Counted from the stretch's first letter, positions 1 to 9,727 are shown. The stretch: 64,000 bases of DNA from a virus (IMGVR_UViG_3300036987_000310:192001-256000), one strand, 5' to 3'. A program made the numbers and translations. Notes: generated by a model not told the origin, from the letters alone.

Positions 1-22
1 TGATTCAAGCGTAATGTGCTAA

Positions 23-670
23 ATGGAGCAAGACCCGAAATTGTGGAAGATTCCAGCAAAAAGCAAAATCACCGTCTTGTCTGCTGATGACGGTTCTGAG
101 GATGAATATAGCGTGTTCACCCCAGTCAAGTCTGACATAGCGTCAGGAATCAGATTCTCCGTGACAGAAAAAATCGGGATGGCGGTGATAAACCCTAGTG
201 TCGCCAAAATGATGCAGCGCGAGTCGATGAATGTTTGTGCAACGCTCGGCAAATCGGGATGGAGTCTAAAAGCCAACATCCACGAAACCGGGCGTTCTCC
301 AGCCTACGCATCCATATCTCTTGAAACGGGCGACTTCAGCACTCACGTCATGAATGTTACGTCAAGCCTGAACTTGCCGATTCTGAATTCACTGCCGATT
401 CTAAATTTGCCAATTCTTGAAAAGCGCGTTGACTCTGAGACAAGCGGCATGTTTCAACTCGTGGAAGCCAGCAACGTCGACAGTGTTAAGGTTTTTGCTC
501 TGCTCGTGATGGAAAAAGCTGAAAACGCCTGCAGCCCCGCTTGTGGAAACATGCTTCCGTCGCAAAGATCAAAAATTAAACATCTTCCCCCTCTGGAGTG
601 GGAAGGATGGTCTTTATTCTTGAACGATGTGTCAAGAGCGATCGAGGTGTTTGACGTGATGATTCGGTAA
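23..670 (+). CDS. hypothetical protein with shared C-terminal tag
   Basis: 215-aa ORF ending IEVFDVMIR*. Confidence 0.65.
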   Translation: MEQDPKLWKIPAKSKITVLSADDGSEDEYSVFTPVKSDIASGIRFSVTEKIGMAVINPSVAKMMQRESMNVCATLGKSGWSLKANIHETGRSPAYASISLETGDFSTHVMNVTSSLNLPILNSLPILNLPILEKRVDSETSGMFQLVEASNVDSVKVFALLVMEKAENACSPACGNMLPSQRSKIKHLPPLEWEGWSLFLNDVSRAIEVFDVMIR

Positions 671-678
671 GCGTCGGC

Positions 679-1179
679 TTAACTGAGCTGGACAGCCTTG
701 ACTTTGTTCAGCCTATCTCGGTTTTTCTGAATGGTCTTTGACACTTCGTCGCCGTTTTTTCTCCACCACTCCGACGATTTCAGCTTCTGGCTGAGAGTCC
801 TTACCATGAGCGGCCGGAAGTCTTCCAATCTGAATATGTTCTCCATCACTTTGGAGAAGTGGTTTGAAAAGTGTTCCATGGCTTTTCCGGAAAGATTTTC
901 GTCTTTTCCCCCGAAAAGCTCTTCAAATTTTCCAGATCCGGCAAAATCCTTGAACTTTTCCATCAAGTCCGTTTGTTTAAGAATCTCGTCGCCCAACTGG
1001 TGGTCATGAAGAGTTGTGTAGCTGTCGGCAAAGTTCATCTCTTGGGCGTATTCGTCCATGTCGACGAGATGCATAAACTCCTCCAGCATTTTTCTGGCGA
1101 TGTCTGTTGCCATGCTGATTGCGTCCAATCGCGTCTGAATTTGAGAAACGAGCATGCTACGGTATTTCTCACGTCTCAT
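679..1179 (-). CDS. hypothetical helical protein with C-terminal tag
   Basis: 166 aa, ends KVKAVQLS*. Confidence 0.7.
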   Translation of the reverse strand: MRREKYRSMLVSQIQTRLDAISMATDIARKMLEEFMHLVDMDEYAQEMNFADSYTTLHDHQLGDEILKQTDLMEKFKDFAGSGKFEELFGGKDENLSGKAMEHFSNHFSKVMENIFRLEDFRPLMVRTLSQKLKSSEWWRKNGDEVSKTIQKNRDRLNKVKAVQLS

Positions 1180-1284
1180 TGAGCCTCAATTATGCACACG
1201 CAAGCTTGATCCACCACAAAAGGGATGGTTCCCTCGGGGCATGGTTTACCCCCGCACATTGAGTGCTGTCGACACCCGGAGAAA

Positions 1285-1749
1285 CTAAGAACAAGAACGA
1301 TTGCCCCCAGAGTCATTGCCTTCATGCTCTATTGTTACAACGAACTCGCGCGATCCGCCAGGAAGACGCTTGTCGTGAAATTCGATCCTCCCGTTGTCGA
1401 TGGAAATGTTGTCGTTTTGCAATGAAGCGTCAATGCCCAAGAGTTCCAAACACCGAATCAATGCATGGTCCGGATGGACTCCAGAGCGGTGGCCGTCTGT
1501 GCACCACATGAACTGTTGCGTCTCTGGGTAGACGTCCAAAAATTGAAGAAGCGAATCGTTCACCTTCAGGCAGACGCCGACACCCACGCGAGGAAAACCA
1601 ACTTTCCATGTCAAGCCGTACGGAATCAACATGAACTGGACGCAGGTTTTAGTCCAGTCGTCGAGCGACTCTAGCGGAGCCTCTTCAAAACGAATTTGAC
1701 CAAGCTGGACCAAGCGCTCAAACTCTTCGGAAATTTCAAGAATGTTCAT
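1285..1749 (-). CDS. hypothetical protein
   Basis: 154-aa ORF abutting the upstream gene. Confidence 0.6.
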   Translation of the reverse strand: MNILEISEEFERLVQLGQIRFEEAPLESLDDWTKTCVQFMLIPYGLTWKVGFPRVGVGVCLKVNDSLLQFLDVYPETQQFMWCTDGHRSGVHPDHALIRCLELLGIDASLQNDNISIDNGRIEFHDKRLPGGSREFVVTIEHEGNDSGGNRSCS

Positions 1750-1750
1750 G

Positions 1751-2245
1751 TTAGCTCTCCATCACGTTTCGAATGTCTCTGGCGTTGATTTCAAAAGCGC
1801 CTTGGTGCGCCGTAGATTTCACGTATTTGAAGCGTGAAACAAGTGAGCCAGATTCAAACGGGTCTTCGCTCTCTTCTAGCTTCCCCATCCTTTGGCACGC
1901 CCACACCAAAGAAGCAAGGAAGCATCCAACAACGCAAACTGTCGTCGCTTCAGACGGCAGCATGGACGGCAAGTCATCACTGGAAAAGAACGTGCTGTCT
2001 CTGTCAGCGACAATGATCGCCAACCTTATGTAAGGAACATTCATCAAGAGTTTTTTGGCATTGACCATTTTTCCGTCCGTGATCTCATTAGTTGGAATAT
2101 TCAAAAACTTTTGCATGGTCATTTGCGGCCTTTCTTCGGGGTCGGAACGTAAAGCCAGTGCAATGGGCCGGAGATTCGAAGCCACATGCCTTTGAGGTTT
2201 CCGTAGACGTCCGACCCGCCCCGACGCATCCACCCGAAACGCCAC
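1751..2245 (-). CDS. hypothetical protein with C-terminal tag
   Basis: ends DIRNVMES*; start uncertain. Confidence 0.7.
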   Translation of the reverse strand: MAFRVDASGRVGRLRKPQRHVASNLRPIALALRSDPEERPQMTMQKFLNIPTNEITDGKMVNAKKLLMNVPYIRLAIIVADRDSTFFSSDDLPSMLPSEATTVCVVGCFLASLVWACQRMGKLEESEDPFESGSLVSRFKYVKSTAHQGAFEINARDIRNVMES

Positions 2246-2343
2246 ACAGATTTCATGTCGTCTTTTTTGTCCATCATGACACGCTACGCCAACAACCGGA
2301 AAATTTCCGCGGAAGTTTGAAAAACCACAAAGTAACGTGCGCC

Positions 2344-2547
2344 ATGACCGACCACAAATGGGTCAGAGCCCAGGACAAATGGGCCGCCGAGGACCGAGTG
2401 GAGCTCTGGTGGATTTGCAAAAATTGCAAAGCAAAGGTTTTCGCCAGTTGGAAACCAGATCGAAGATTTCTGAAAACCCGTGGCGGTTTTGCCAAAGTTG
2501 GTAGAAACTGTGAAGAAGAACTAGCGCGAAGAGTTATGGACAGCTAA
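2344..2547 (+). CDS. small Zn-binding protein (HxW...CxxC...C family B) with C-terminal tag
   Basis: MTDHKW...WICKNCK...NCEEELARRVMDS*; start reassigned within ORF 2092..2547. Confidence 0.7.
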   Translation: MTDHKWVRAQDKWAAEDRVELWWICKNCKAKVFASWKPDRRFLKTRGGFAKVGRNCEEELARRVMDS

Positions 2548-2771
2548 GACTCGTGAACCAGAAACAACATCGCTTCCTCTTCAGATATTTCTTTGGAAAA
2601 TAAGAACCCAATTTCTTCCAACCCGTCATGACACAGCTTACAATAGCATATTACATCATGCGATAGATGATAGCCAGCATCGTTTTCCGATATCGTTTGA
2701 ACAAGCCTAAACCGGGAGGCTTTCAGGCCGCAGCCGCGACTGTGGCAAACGACTTCTTCGCGATCGTTCAA
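2544..2771 (-). CDS. small zinc-finger protein (family A) with C-terminal tag
   Basis: CHSRGC...ASRF...CKLCH...ISEEEAMLFLVHES*. Confidence 0.8.
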   Translation of the reverse strand: MNDREEVVCHSRGCGLKASRFRLVQTISENDAGYHLSHDVICYCKLCHDGLEEIGFLFSKEISEEEAMLFLVHES

Positions 2772-2782
2772 AGCAAGGTGAC

Positions 2783-3526
2783 CTAAGTACGAGTCTTGCT
2801 GCGGGTTTTCATCGTTTCGCGAAGCCTGCTTATGGCTTGGAACTCCACTTGACGAATGCGCTCTCGAGACAGTCCAAACTCTTTCCCAATTTCGTCAAGC
2901 GTGTCTTCATCCCAGAATCTCAGCTTCAAAACTATCTGATCAAAATCAGGAAGCTCAAAAAAAGCTTTTTCCAGCTCTTCCACCTCCAACCCGAGAAGCG
3001 GGTCCTCCGGATTCGGGTCTTCCAGCACCTGAACGAAATCTTCAGAATCTGGGTCATGGTTTTTCTTGACCGGAGAGTCCAGGCTTTTCACGCAGAAAGC
3101 GCACTCTCGCAAATGGACGTCAAGCCGATCCATCCCCAGCTTTTCAGCAATGTTGGCTTGTGTCCATCCTTTATCACGAAGTCTCAAAACCTTTTGAAAC
3201 CTGTGGCTGGTTCTTCCGACTCCGCCGAAAGCTCTTTGCCAAACGCCTTCCCTGATGGAATTTCCCCACATGTGTCTCCAAACATGCCCAGAAAACGATC
3301 CCTTCTCCGGGTCCCAACTTCGAACTGCCGACATAACAGATATCATCGACACTTGTTCAATATCTTCTGGGGCGGCAACCTTGTGCCACTTGCGGGCAAA
3401 CATTCTAGCCATCGGGCGGAACTTTTCTACACATTTTTCCATGGCGTCGCGATCGCCGTTTTTGGCACGCAGAGCCATGTCTAAAACAGCTTCCGAATCT
3501 GACTGGTTATGAGTCAAGTTTGCCAA
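2783..3526 (-). CDS. sigma70-family RNA polymerase sigma factor (group 2/3-like)
   Basis: region 1.2 AKNGDRDAMEK, region 2 EDIEQ...WDPEKGSF, region 3 SLDSPV, region 4.2 TLDEIGKEFGLSRERIRQVE. Confidence 0.92.
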   Translation of the reverse strand: MANLTHNQSDSEAVLDMALRAKNGDRDAMEKCVEKFRPMARMFARKWHKVAAPEDIEQVSMISVMSAVRSWDPEKGSFSGHVWRHMWGNSIREGVWQRAFGGVGRTSHRFQKVLRLRDKGWTQANIAEKLGMDRLDVHLRECAFCVKSLDSPVKKNHDPDSEDFVQVLEDPNPEDPLLGLEVEELEKAFFELPDFDQIVLKLRFWDEDTLDEIGKEFGLSRERIRQVEFQAISRLRETMKTRSKTRT

Positions 3527-3538
3527 GGATGAAGACTT

Positions 3539-4060
3539 TCAGTGATGTTCGATGGCGTCGGCGATCGTGCGGAGCTCCGTTGCAAGCTTGTCCGGCGGGA
3601 GCCCCCGCCCGGTCATGGCAGCACCGCGTCGGTTCAGCATGTAGGCATTCTCTCGATGAAGCCGAGCCGTCTGCGTCGTGTGTGCAAGCACCATCGATAA
3701 CGTGTCGGCACACACGACGCATTTGTCAGAAAAATGCCAATGTGGCCGGCATTCTCCGCAGTACAAACAATGGCGCATGTTTTCAGTCCGAATCCAAACA
3801 GCAATGTCTGACATTCTCCATCCCGAGCGCTTGCAAACTCTGCACCTAACCTTGACGCCATTTCCTTCCCATTTGCACGGACCAAGTCCGAACAACTTGT
3901 GCAACAAGCGCTTAAAAAGCGACGGCTGCAAAGGTGAAAGAACGGCTCCTCGCGGATCATCCCTATATCCGTCGCCACAAATCTTCCTGACGGGCGAATC
4001 CAAGACGACAAACGACTTTAGATCAACATCTGGGTCTACAGCATAATCAGTCCAGTCCAT
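3539..4060 (-). CDS. hypothetical Cys-rich protein
   Basis: CRVC, CLYCGEC and CVVC motifs, 173 aa. Confidence 0.65.
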   Translation of the reverse strand: MDWTDYAVDPDVDLKSFVVLDSPVRKICGDGYRDDPRGAVLSPLQPSLFKRLLHKLFGLGPCKWEGNGVKVRCRVCKRSGWRMSDIAVWIRTENMRHCLYCGECRPHWHFSDKCVVCADTLSMVLAHTTQTARLHRENAYMLNRRGAAMTGRGLPPDKLATELRTIADAIEHH

Positions 4061-4107
4061 ACTCTTAACCTACGTTCGCGGAAGCACACTCGTCCTGTGC
4101 AACACAG

Positions 4108-4569
4108 TCACCCACGGCTTTTCTTCAGCTCTTCTCTAACAGCTTTTTCAACAAAAGCGCGCCGCGTGACTCCGAGCTTTAAAGACATGGCTTCCACTAA
4201 GTTGAATAGTTTTTCATCTATGCTAACATTCAAATCCACCAAGGATGGTTTAACAGTTTCAGGAAATTTGGGCGACATTATCATTTCTCGTTTTTCGGCC
4301 TCGTCTGATATGACTTTTGCCTTATCTACCAATCGGAGAAGCTCTTTCCAGTTAGAACTAGCACCCCTGTCGTAGTTGAACATGACGCTGTCAGCCCAAG
4401 ACCTCAAACTATGGTTGAACGCATCTTCGAGCCGCTGCATCGCACGCCTGTGGCGCGCCGCTTTGCAAAAATCGCAAACTACCGAAACGGCTTGTTCAGC
4501 AACTTCCTTTCGAACTCTAACGTTCATGCTTGGGTCTAATTCTCTCACATACGACATATAAACTCCCAA
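4108..4569 (-). CDS. protein with C-terminal ribbon-helix-helix-like DNA-binding segment
   Basis: C-terminal NVSIDEKLFNLVEAMSLKLGVTRRAFVEKAVREEL matches the CopG/RHH pattern. Confidence 0.55.
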   Translation of the reverse strand: MGVYMSYVRELDPSMNVRVRKEVAEQAVSVVCDFCKAARHRRAMQRLEDAFNHSLRSWADSVMFNYDRGASSNWKELLRLVDKAKVISDEAEKREMIMSPKFPETVKPSLVDLNVSIDEKLFNLVEAMSLKLGVTRRAFVEKAVREELKKSRG

Positions 4570-4578
4570 AGCACTCAG

Positions 4579-4815
4579 TTATGGCAACTGAACCAACATG
4601 ACAATGAACAAAGCTTTGGCTTCTTCAGTTTCGATTTCCCGAAGCGGCTTTCTACAGTTTAGGCGAAACAACCGATCGCACTGAGAACAAGATCCTATGA
4701 GCTTCTTCCCATAAACTACGTCGTCAGCGTTCTCCGGAAGATACCAATGCGCAATTCTTATTTCACATCCTTCTCCTCCCCACACACATTCAAAATCAGG
4801 CTTTTCCATTGTCAA
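4579..4815 (-). CDS. small zinc-finger protein (family A) with C-terminal tag
   Basis: C-x6-C...AHWYL...CSQC...EIETEEAKALFIVMLVQLP*. Confidence 0.75.
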   Translation of the reverse strand: MTMEKPDFECVWGGEGCEIRIAHWYLPENADDVVYGKKLIGSCSQCDRLFRLNCRKPLREIETEEAKALFIVMLVQLP

Positions 4816-5057
4816 GGACGTATCCTTTCTGGCCCCTGGTAGCCGCCGGGGTAGGGCGACCAGTATTGGATACGTTTGACTGAAAACCCGAGCTGTCGTA
4901 GCCCCAAGACGCCTTCGTTCGCGATGACCCCCACAAGGTTAATCTCCAAGCCCGCGTCGTCGGACACGTCGAACATCTCCAGGGCCTTCTCTCGATCTAG
5001 CGTGACTTCGAAGACCTGTCTGACGTGCTTGCAACTGAAGTCTACCTGTAGTTTCAC
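4812..5057 (-). CDS. hypothetical protein
   Basis: 81 aa, ATGA-coupled to the next gene. Confidence 0.6.
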   Translation of the reverse strand: MKLQVDFSCKHVRQVFEVTLDREKALEMFDVSDDAGLEINLVGVIANEGVLGLRQLGFSVKRIQYWSPYPGGYQGPERIRP

Positions 5058-5143
5058 CTGGCCTCTTGCAGCAGATTGCTGGTGCTGAATGTCATATAGA
5101 ATCCTTCTTCGTGTTCATACCTGTCCAAATTGCAAACTTTCGC

Positions 5144-5371
5144 TCAACTAGTCATTACCTCGAACACAGTGACCTCTGGGTCGTTGAAGCTTCTGCTACA
5201 GTTTTTGCAGACGCAAAACGGCCGGCCTTTTGGGAAAACTAACCGATGTGAGGCGTTTGTGCCGCAATAAGGACATTCGACGTCACGGCTGGACTCTTGG
5301 CGTCCACCCCCTGGTGAATACCTCGCGAGTGGCGACAAAGACTGAGAGTTGTGGAGACGGGGCGAATTCAT
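5144..5371 (-). CDS. small CxxC/CxxC protein with C-terminal tag
   Basis: CPYC...CKNC, ends TVFEVMTS*. Confidence 0.75.
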   Translation of the reverse strand: MNSPRLHNSQSLSPLARYSPGGGRQESSRDVECPYCGTNASHRLVFPKGRPFCVCKNCSRSFNDPEVTVFEVMTS

Positions 5372-5766
5372 TTCAACGCTTTTCTTGCTGGCGTTGGCCT
5401 ACCGACCTCCACCATCTGGAATCGAACGACCTCCCAATCGTCCGACACTCTCGTTGCAGGGTGGTACCTGTCCCCACGCCCAATCATTTGAAAATGAGAG
5501 CGCACATCGGACAAGGAAAACCAAACTTTCCCCACAGGCAGCATGCGGAGGTCCCATCCGCCCGTGGAGAACAGACCGGTTTTCTTGTCTCTAACCATGA
5601 AGAGCGACAAACCTTCAGGCTCCATGGCCTGTTCGCACAGGTTGAGAATGTCGTCTTCCGATATGCCCTTGGACTCGAGCAGACGTGACAAAACCCGGTT
5701 GAGAGTCAGAACTTGAGAAATCGACATGATCTTCTCGTCCGACATGCGTCTCTTCTTTTTCGTCAT
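5368..5766 (-). CDS. hypothetical protein
   Basis: 132 aa, coupled overlaps on both sides. Confidence 0.65.
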   Translation of the reverse strand: MTKKKRRMSDEKIMSISQVLTLNRVLSRLLESKGISEDDILNLCEQAMEPEGLSLFMVRDKKTGLFSTGGWDLRMLPVGKVWFSLSDVRSHFQMIGRGDRYHPATRVSDDWEVVRFQMVEVGRPTPARKALK

Positions 5767-6212
5767 AAGACGGTGTCTTTCTTTGCAGCTTCCATGAAGT
5801 CGAAGTCGTAAATGTTTCCACAGAGCGAGGTGGAAGAAGGCGAAACATTGCTCAAATGGTCGAGCGTCTCTTTGTCGTCGTAAGAAAACCCGAGTTCCCT
5901 GAGCAACAAGACGCAGTGCGCGGCAGCAAGCATGTGGTGTTCGTCAGGGTCTCCGCGAGGGCCGCCAAGCAATCCGACCACCATCGACTCAATCCGTTTG
6001 CGCACGGACAAAGGCGCTGGCGCTTCGCAAGTGGCAACAAGCCTGGCAACAAGTTCAACCATCAGCTTGTCTTGATCGCGCGCTTCCCAATCTTCGTCAA
6101 GCCATTTGTGCACAAGCTTGATTTGCTTGCGCGAAAGCAGACCCTTTCTTTTCACAAAGTCTTTTAGCGCCATCAAAATCTCCTTCAGCTTCGGCCGAAG
6201 GTTACATTGCAT
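5763..6212 (-). CDS. hypothetical protein
   Basis: 149 aa, ATGA overlap. Confidence 0.65.
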   Translation of the reverse strand: MQCNLRPKLKEILMALKDFVKRKGLLSRKQIKLVHKWLDEDWEARDQDKLMVELVARLVATCEAPAPLSVRKRIESMVVGLLGGPRGDPDEHHMLAAAHCVLLLRELGFSYDDKETLDHLSNVSPSSTSLCGNIYDFDFMEAAKKDTVL

Positions 6213-6218
6213 AGTTGG

Positions 6219-6419
6219 TCAGTCCTCCATGACGGACCTGACGCAGCACAGACTGCAATCTTGAAACACGCTTGAATCTGTAAACGCGGACACCATCCGT
6301 CCACACTCCGGACATGGGTTTCCAACCATGTCTGCATAGTCCCTCTCGTTCATGAAATATTTCGAACGTTTCAACGGGACTTTGTCAATCAACGCGAAAA
6401 TTTCCGCCAATGTTTTCAT
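6219..6419 (-). CDS. small CxxC protein with C-terminal tag
   Basis: MKTLAEIF... start by ATGA overlap; CPEC...CSLCCVRSVMED*. Confidence 0.7.
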   Translation of the reverse strand: MKTLAEIFALIDKVPLKRSKYFMNERDYADMVGNPCPECGRMVSAFTDSSVFQDCSLCCVRSVMED

Positions 6420-6715
6420 GATCGCATGACTTCTTCGACGCAGGAGCATCGTTCAGGAAATTGATTGTCGCAGACGATACAAAAAAACCGAGATTCAAAT
6501 CGGGACTTGTGATCGTAGGCGCGAATCTCGACGACGCCGCCACGCTTGACCGCAGAGACCATGCGAACGGCTTTTCCATGCTTTTCAATTTCTGCCATGA
6601 CGTCGCAAACGTTGGCGGAAAAGTGTTTGCCAGCTTCACGCGGAGCGTGAAAATTGCTGTATAAGGTGCATCCGAGAAAGGCGAAAAACATGCCGAGGGG
6701 AAGACTTTCGGTCAC
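6416..6715 (-). CDS. hypothetical protein with C-terminal tag
   Basis: ends CIVC...CSCVEEVMRS*. Confidence 0.7.
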   Translation of the reverse strand: MTESLPLGMFFAFLGCTLYSNFHAPREAGKHFSANVCDVMAEIEKHGKAVRMVSAVKRGGVVEIRAYDHKSRFESRFFCIVCDNQFPERCSCVEEVMRS

Positions 6716-7020
6716 AAGCTTAGAACCCCTGTCGAATAGGCGCGCAAAAACGCCAACTCCTGACCATCGTCAATGCGCACGATTGCGGCACCAGACGTTA
6801 AGCTGGACGAGTCTAGCGCACGCTTGGCCCCGTTTGGCCCTGAAAAATCAGCAAAGCACTCGACGACGACGCCGTTGGCATCAGACATGAAGTATCGGGC
6901 GCTTTCGAACGGAAGGTTAGCACGAACTCTTTTGGCTAAAGCTTTCAGCGCCAAGCGCCGCTTCTTTAAAGCAGTCGACTCTCGGGGAGGATCGAAAACT
7001 TGTCCTGGCATGTGAACCAT
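6712..7020 (-). CDS. hypothetical protein
   Basis: 102 aa, coupled overlap. Confidence 0.6.
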   Translation of the reverse strand: MVHMPGQVFDPPRESTALKKRRLALKALAKRVRANLPFESARYFMSDANGVVVECFADFSGPNGAKRALDSSSLTSGAAIVRIDDGQELAFLRAYSTGVLSL

Positions 7021-7064
7021 GCAGAAAAGTTACAACGCGCCAAACTCCGCACAAAGCAAAGATT

Positions 7065-7505
7065 TCATTCTCGCATGATCTTGCTGACGAAGTAGAAGCG
7101 TTGTTCTTCAAACATTCGCTTTCGCATGCTGTTCTTTGAACCAGTGCTAACAATTTCCCAACATGACGATGGACCCTGCCACTTGAATGGAACGACGATC
7201 CACTCGGGGGCCCATGCGACGTCGCGATTCAAAAGAACTTCGCGCTTCAAAAGAACGTGCTTCACTTCAGGCGAACCTTTTCTGAAAATCTCGAAGGTTC
7301 GGGCCCCGTCACGAGACACGAGAAGCTCGCCAGGCTCGCCAGGCTCCAATTGAATTGTGCCGTCGCAAATCTTGAGCCAGCAAAAAGGGCAACAGGCCAG
7401 GATTGAGCCTTCAGCAAAGAGCCAGCGAGTTGGCGGCGGACAGGAAACCTCCCCGGACGGATTCCACTCGCAAACGTCCAGGCCCGGCCGCACTTTTTTC
7501 CTCAT
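7065..7505 (-). CDS. hypothetical protein with C-terminal tag
   Basis: ends FYFVSKIMRE*. Confidence 0.7.
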   Translation of the reverse strand: MRKKVRPGLDVCEWNPSGEVSCPPPTRWLFAEGSILACCPFCWLKICDGTIQLEPGEPGELLVSRDGARTFEIFRKGSPEVKHVLLKREVLLNRDVAWAPEWIVVPFKWQGPSSCWEIVSTGSKNSMRKRMFEEQRFYFVSKIMRE

Positions 7506-7513
7506 AACCCCTC

Positions 7514-7753
7514 CTAGGCTCGGGCCCGAGGGACCTTCACCGCGCCACGCTCTATGAGGTATCCCTTGATTCGGTCGATGTCCAGTCGCGTCTTGAACAG
7601 GGCCAGGTACTCTCCCCTGGCCTCCAAGTAGGACTCCCCGGCCTCGGCATTCTCTAAGAGCCGCTTCAAACCCGCGGTGTCAACAAAATCCCCGCGGTCG
7701 AATAGCTTCCACAGTTCACGAAGGGTCATGCCCACTCCCCCATTCCTTTGCAT
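7514..7753 (-). CDS. hypothetical protein
   Basis: 79-aa ORF directly downstream of the SET gene. Confidence 0.6.
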   Translation of the reverse strand: MQRNGGVGMTLRELWKLFDRGDFVDTAGLKRLLENAEAGESYLEARGEYLALFKTRLDIDRIKGYLIERGAVKVPRARA

Positions 7754-8193
7754 TCAAAGAGCCTCGAACCACAGAGGAGTTTTTTGTCCTCAGGATCCCC
7801 GTTGTAGTTGACGAAGATCTCTCGGCCTCTAGGAATGTCTACAAGGGCAGTGAACATGATCGCCATGTCTTTCTTGGAGGCGTCGTACCTGGCGTTGGGC
7901 TTCTGGCTGTGGTTGTATAGAGAGCCAAACCCGAGAGCCATTGCACCCCGGCCGCGCGCCCACTCGAACGTGAGCTCCTGAATGGAAGGCATGGAGTCCA
8001 AAAAGGCGATCGGGACAAGAACGACCGGGCAAATCTCGATGCACTCGCCTGCTCGAAAGCGCCTGGCGGCAAAAACGCCCCGGCCGCGCCCCCTGGACTG
8101 CCTGATTGTCAAATTGCTCGTGGAAAAATTCACTGGACAAAACTCCATTTTATGGTGAGCGGTCCTTCGCATGTTTTCCCCTGCTGGTCGCAT
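7726..8193 (-). CDS. SET-domain protein-lysine methyltransferase
   Basis: GRGVFAARRF..GECIE (motif I), SLYNHSQKPN (NHxxxPN), DIPRGREIFVNY (GEELxxxY). Confidence 0.92.
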   Translation of the reverse strand: MRPAGENMRRTAHHKMEFCPVNFSTSNLTIRQSRGRGRGVFAARRFRAGECIEICPVVLVPIAFLDSMPSIQELTFEWARGRGAMALGFGSLYNHSQKPNARYDASKKDMAIMFTALVDIPRGREIFVNYNGDPEDKKLLCGSRLFECKGMGEWA

Positions 8194-8368
8194 AGGAAAG
8201 GGCCGGCGTAAACTGGGCGCTTGAGGAAGGGCGACAACAGATGCTGCTCATGCAGCATAAGCGGATGTTTAAACAAACATCCGTCCAAACATGCGGCCAG
8301 GATGGGCGAAGTTGGCAGCGATGGCAAACAACAGCATGTTTGGACCATGCAACATTCCCTAGACAAAG

Positions 8369-8602
8369 TCACATGTCCTCCCAATGCGTTCCAGGAGGGC
8401 CTACAGGGGCACGCTTCCACTGGTGGGTCAACGTGTCTTGCGTGCGGAGCCAATACCAGCCTTCTGGCGTCTTTGCCCACCAGTCAAGGTTTCCCATGAC
8501 AAAGCGCAGCCGCAAAATGGGAAGATAAGGAGGTAGTGGCAACCCTCTGTCTTGAAGAATTTTCACATTGTTTTCGCATTCGAACGAACTTGTTGGGGAC
8601 AT
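8369..8602 (-). CDS. hypothetical Trp-rich protein
   Basis: 77-aa ORF in operon context. Confidence 0.5.
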   Translation of the reverse strand: MSPTSSFECENNVKILQDRGLPLPPYLPILRLRFVMGNLDWWAKTPEGWYWLRTQDTLTHQWKRAPVGPPGTHWEDM

Positions 8603-8611
8603 GTCGAAAAA

Positions 8612-9193
8612 TCACCTCCCAGGCGGCTTTAGCGGCCGATTCTTCTCCCAATCGAACACTGGCGCGCTCTTTGGAGCGGAAACCTTGCCGCTCTTGACAC
8701 GTTTCGCTTGCTGCAGGTCAGGGCGCAATTGCTCGTACGTGGTGTTCAACCAGCCTCGCTGCCGATAGCTGAGCGTGCAGTACTTCTGCAAGAGAAGCTG
8801 CTGCTGCATGTCTTCGAACGCCTTCCTATCGCTGTCCGCAAGATCTTCGCATTCCAAGAGAGCCTCGAGAATCTCGCCGTCCCTCAACTTTGCCCAAGCT
8901 GCAGTTGTTTCCATGCGCGCTCCTTGCTTATTTGTGTCCATGCACAGCCGGGTCACCTGCAAAGGCACGTATGGGGCAATGATCGCATCGTTTTTGTGCT
9001 GCTCCCACCACGTTTCCCAGCATTCGTCGGAACAGTACCCGGAGCGCACCCCGTCGCGCTGCTCCTTAGTCTCCTTGCCACACATGCAGCACAACGCAGC
9101 CATCCCAAACATCGCTTTTTCCTTTTGAACGGTTACAGCAAAAGCGCCAAGATTTCCGCCTGTCAGAGGGTGTGATCGAAGCTGATGGCTCAA
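8612..9193 (-). CDS. hypothetical protein with CxxC...CxxxC motif
   Basis: CCMCG...YCSDECW; start uncertain. Confidence 0.6.
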   Translation of the reverse strand: MSHQLRSHPLTGGNLGAFAVTVQKEKAMFGMAALCCMCGKETKEQRDGVRSGYCSDECWETWWEQHKNDAIIAPYVPLQVTRLCMDTNKQGARMETTAAWAKLRDGEILEALLECEDLADSDRKAFEDMQQQLLLQKYCTLSYRQRGWLNTTYEQLRPDLQQAKRVKSGKVSAPKSAPVFDWEKNRPLKPPGR

Positions 9194-9268
9194 ATGTAGT
9201 TTTAAGGTAGTTCGCAGCTAGTTGAAAGCTAGCCGGTGAACAGGTCAACCATCTGAAAGGAAGAAACA

Positions 9269-9691
9269 ATGCCTATTCAACAACATGAACCTCTTGAGTC
9301 TGGGCCTGGTCTGATGTCAGAAGCTAAGCGCCAATGGTGGGCCGCCCCGCGATCTGGAGGACCCTTCAAGCAGCCGCGCTTGGCAGTGTTTCAGCACGCC
9401 ATGAACACGACCCCGAGGCCGACTGCGCCGAACGAGTCGATCGCCCACGGATATGTCAACAACAACAAGTTTCACGACAGGGAGCCCGGCCTAGTTCGAG
9501 AAGCAATGGAAGCAATTGAACCAAGCTTTTTCAACACGTTCCCGCGAAAAGATTTGAAAGAGCCGATGGCCAACCAGTCGAAAGACGCAGCAGTTGGAGA
9601 AGCCGCTCGAGCATTCTACCGCCATGGGTTGGCAGCGTATGGAAAGCCCGGCCTGCGCGGATCGGCCGACCAGCCCCTGACCGCCCTGTAG
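9269..9691 (+). CDS. hypothetical protein
   Basis: 140 aa, AAGGAAG upstream. Confidence 0.5.
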   Translation: MPIQQHEPLESGPGLMSEAKRQWWAAPRSGGPFKQPRLAVFQHAMNTTPRPTAPNESIAHGYVNNNKFHDREPGLVREAMEAIEPSFFNTFPRKDLKEPMANQSKDAAVGEAARAFYRHGLAAYGKPGLRGSADQPLTAL

Positions 9692-9727
9692 CCGCACAAC
9701 TGCGCCAACCGCATTTCTGGATTCTTG

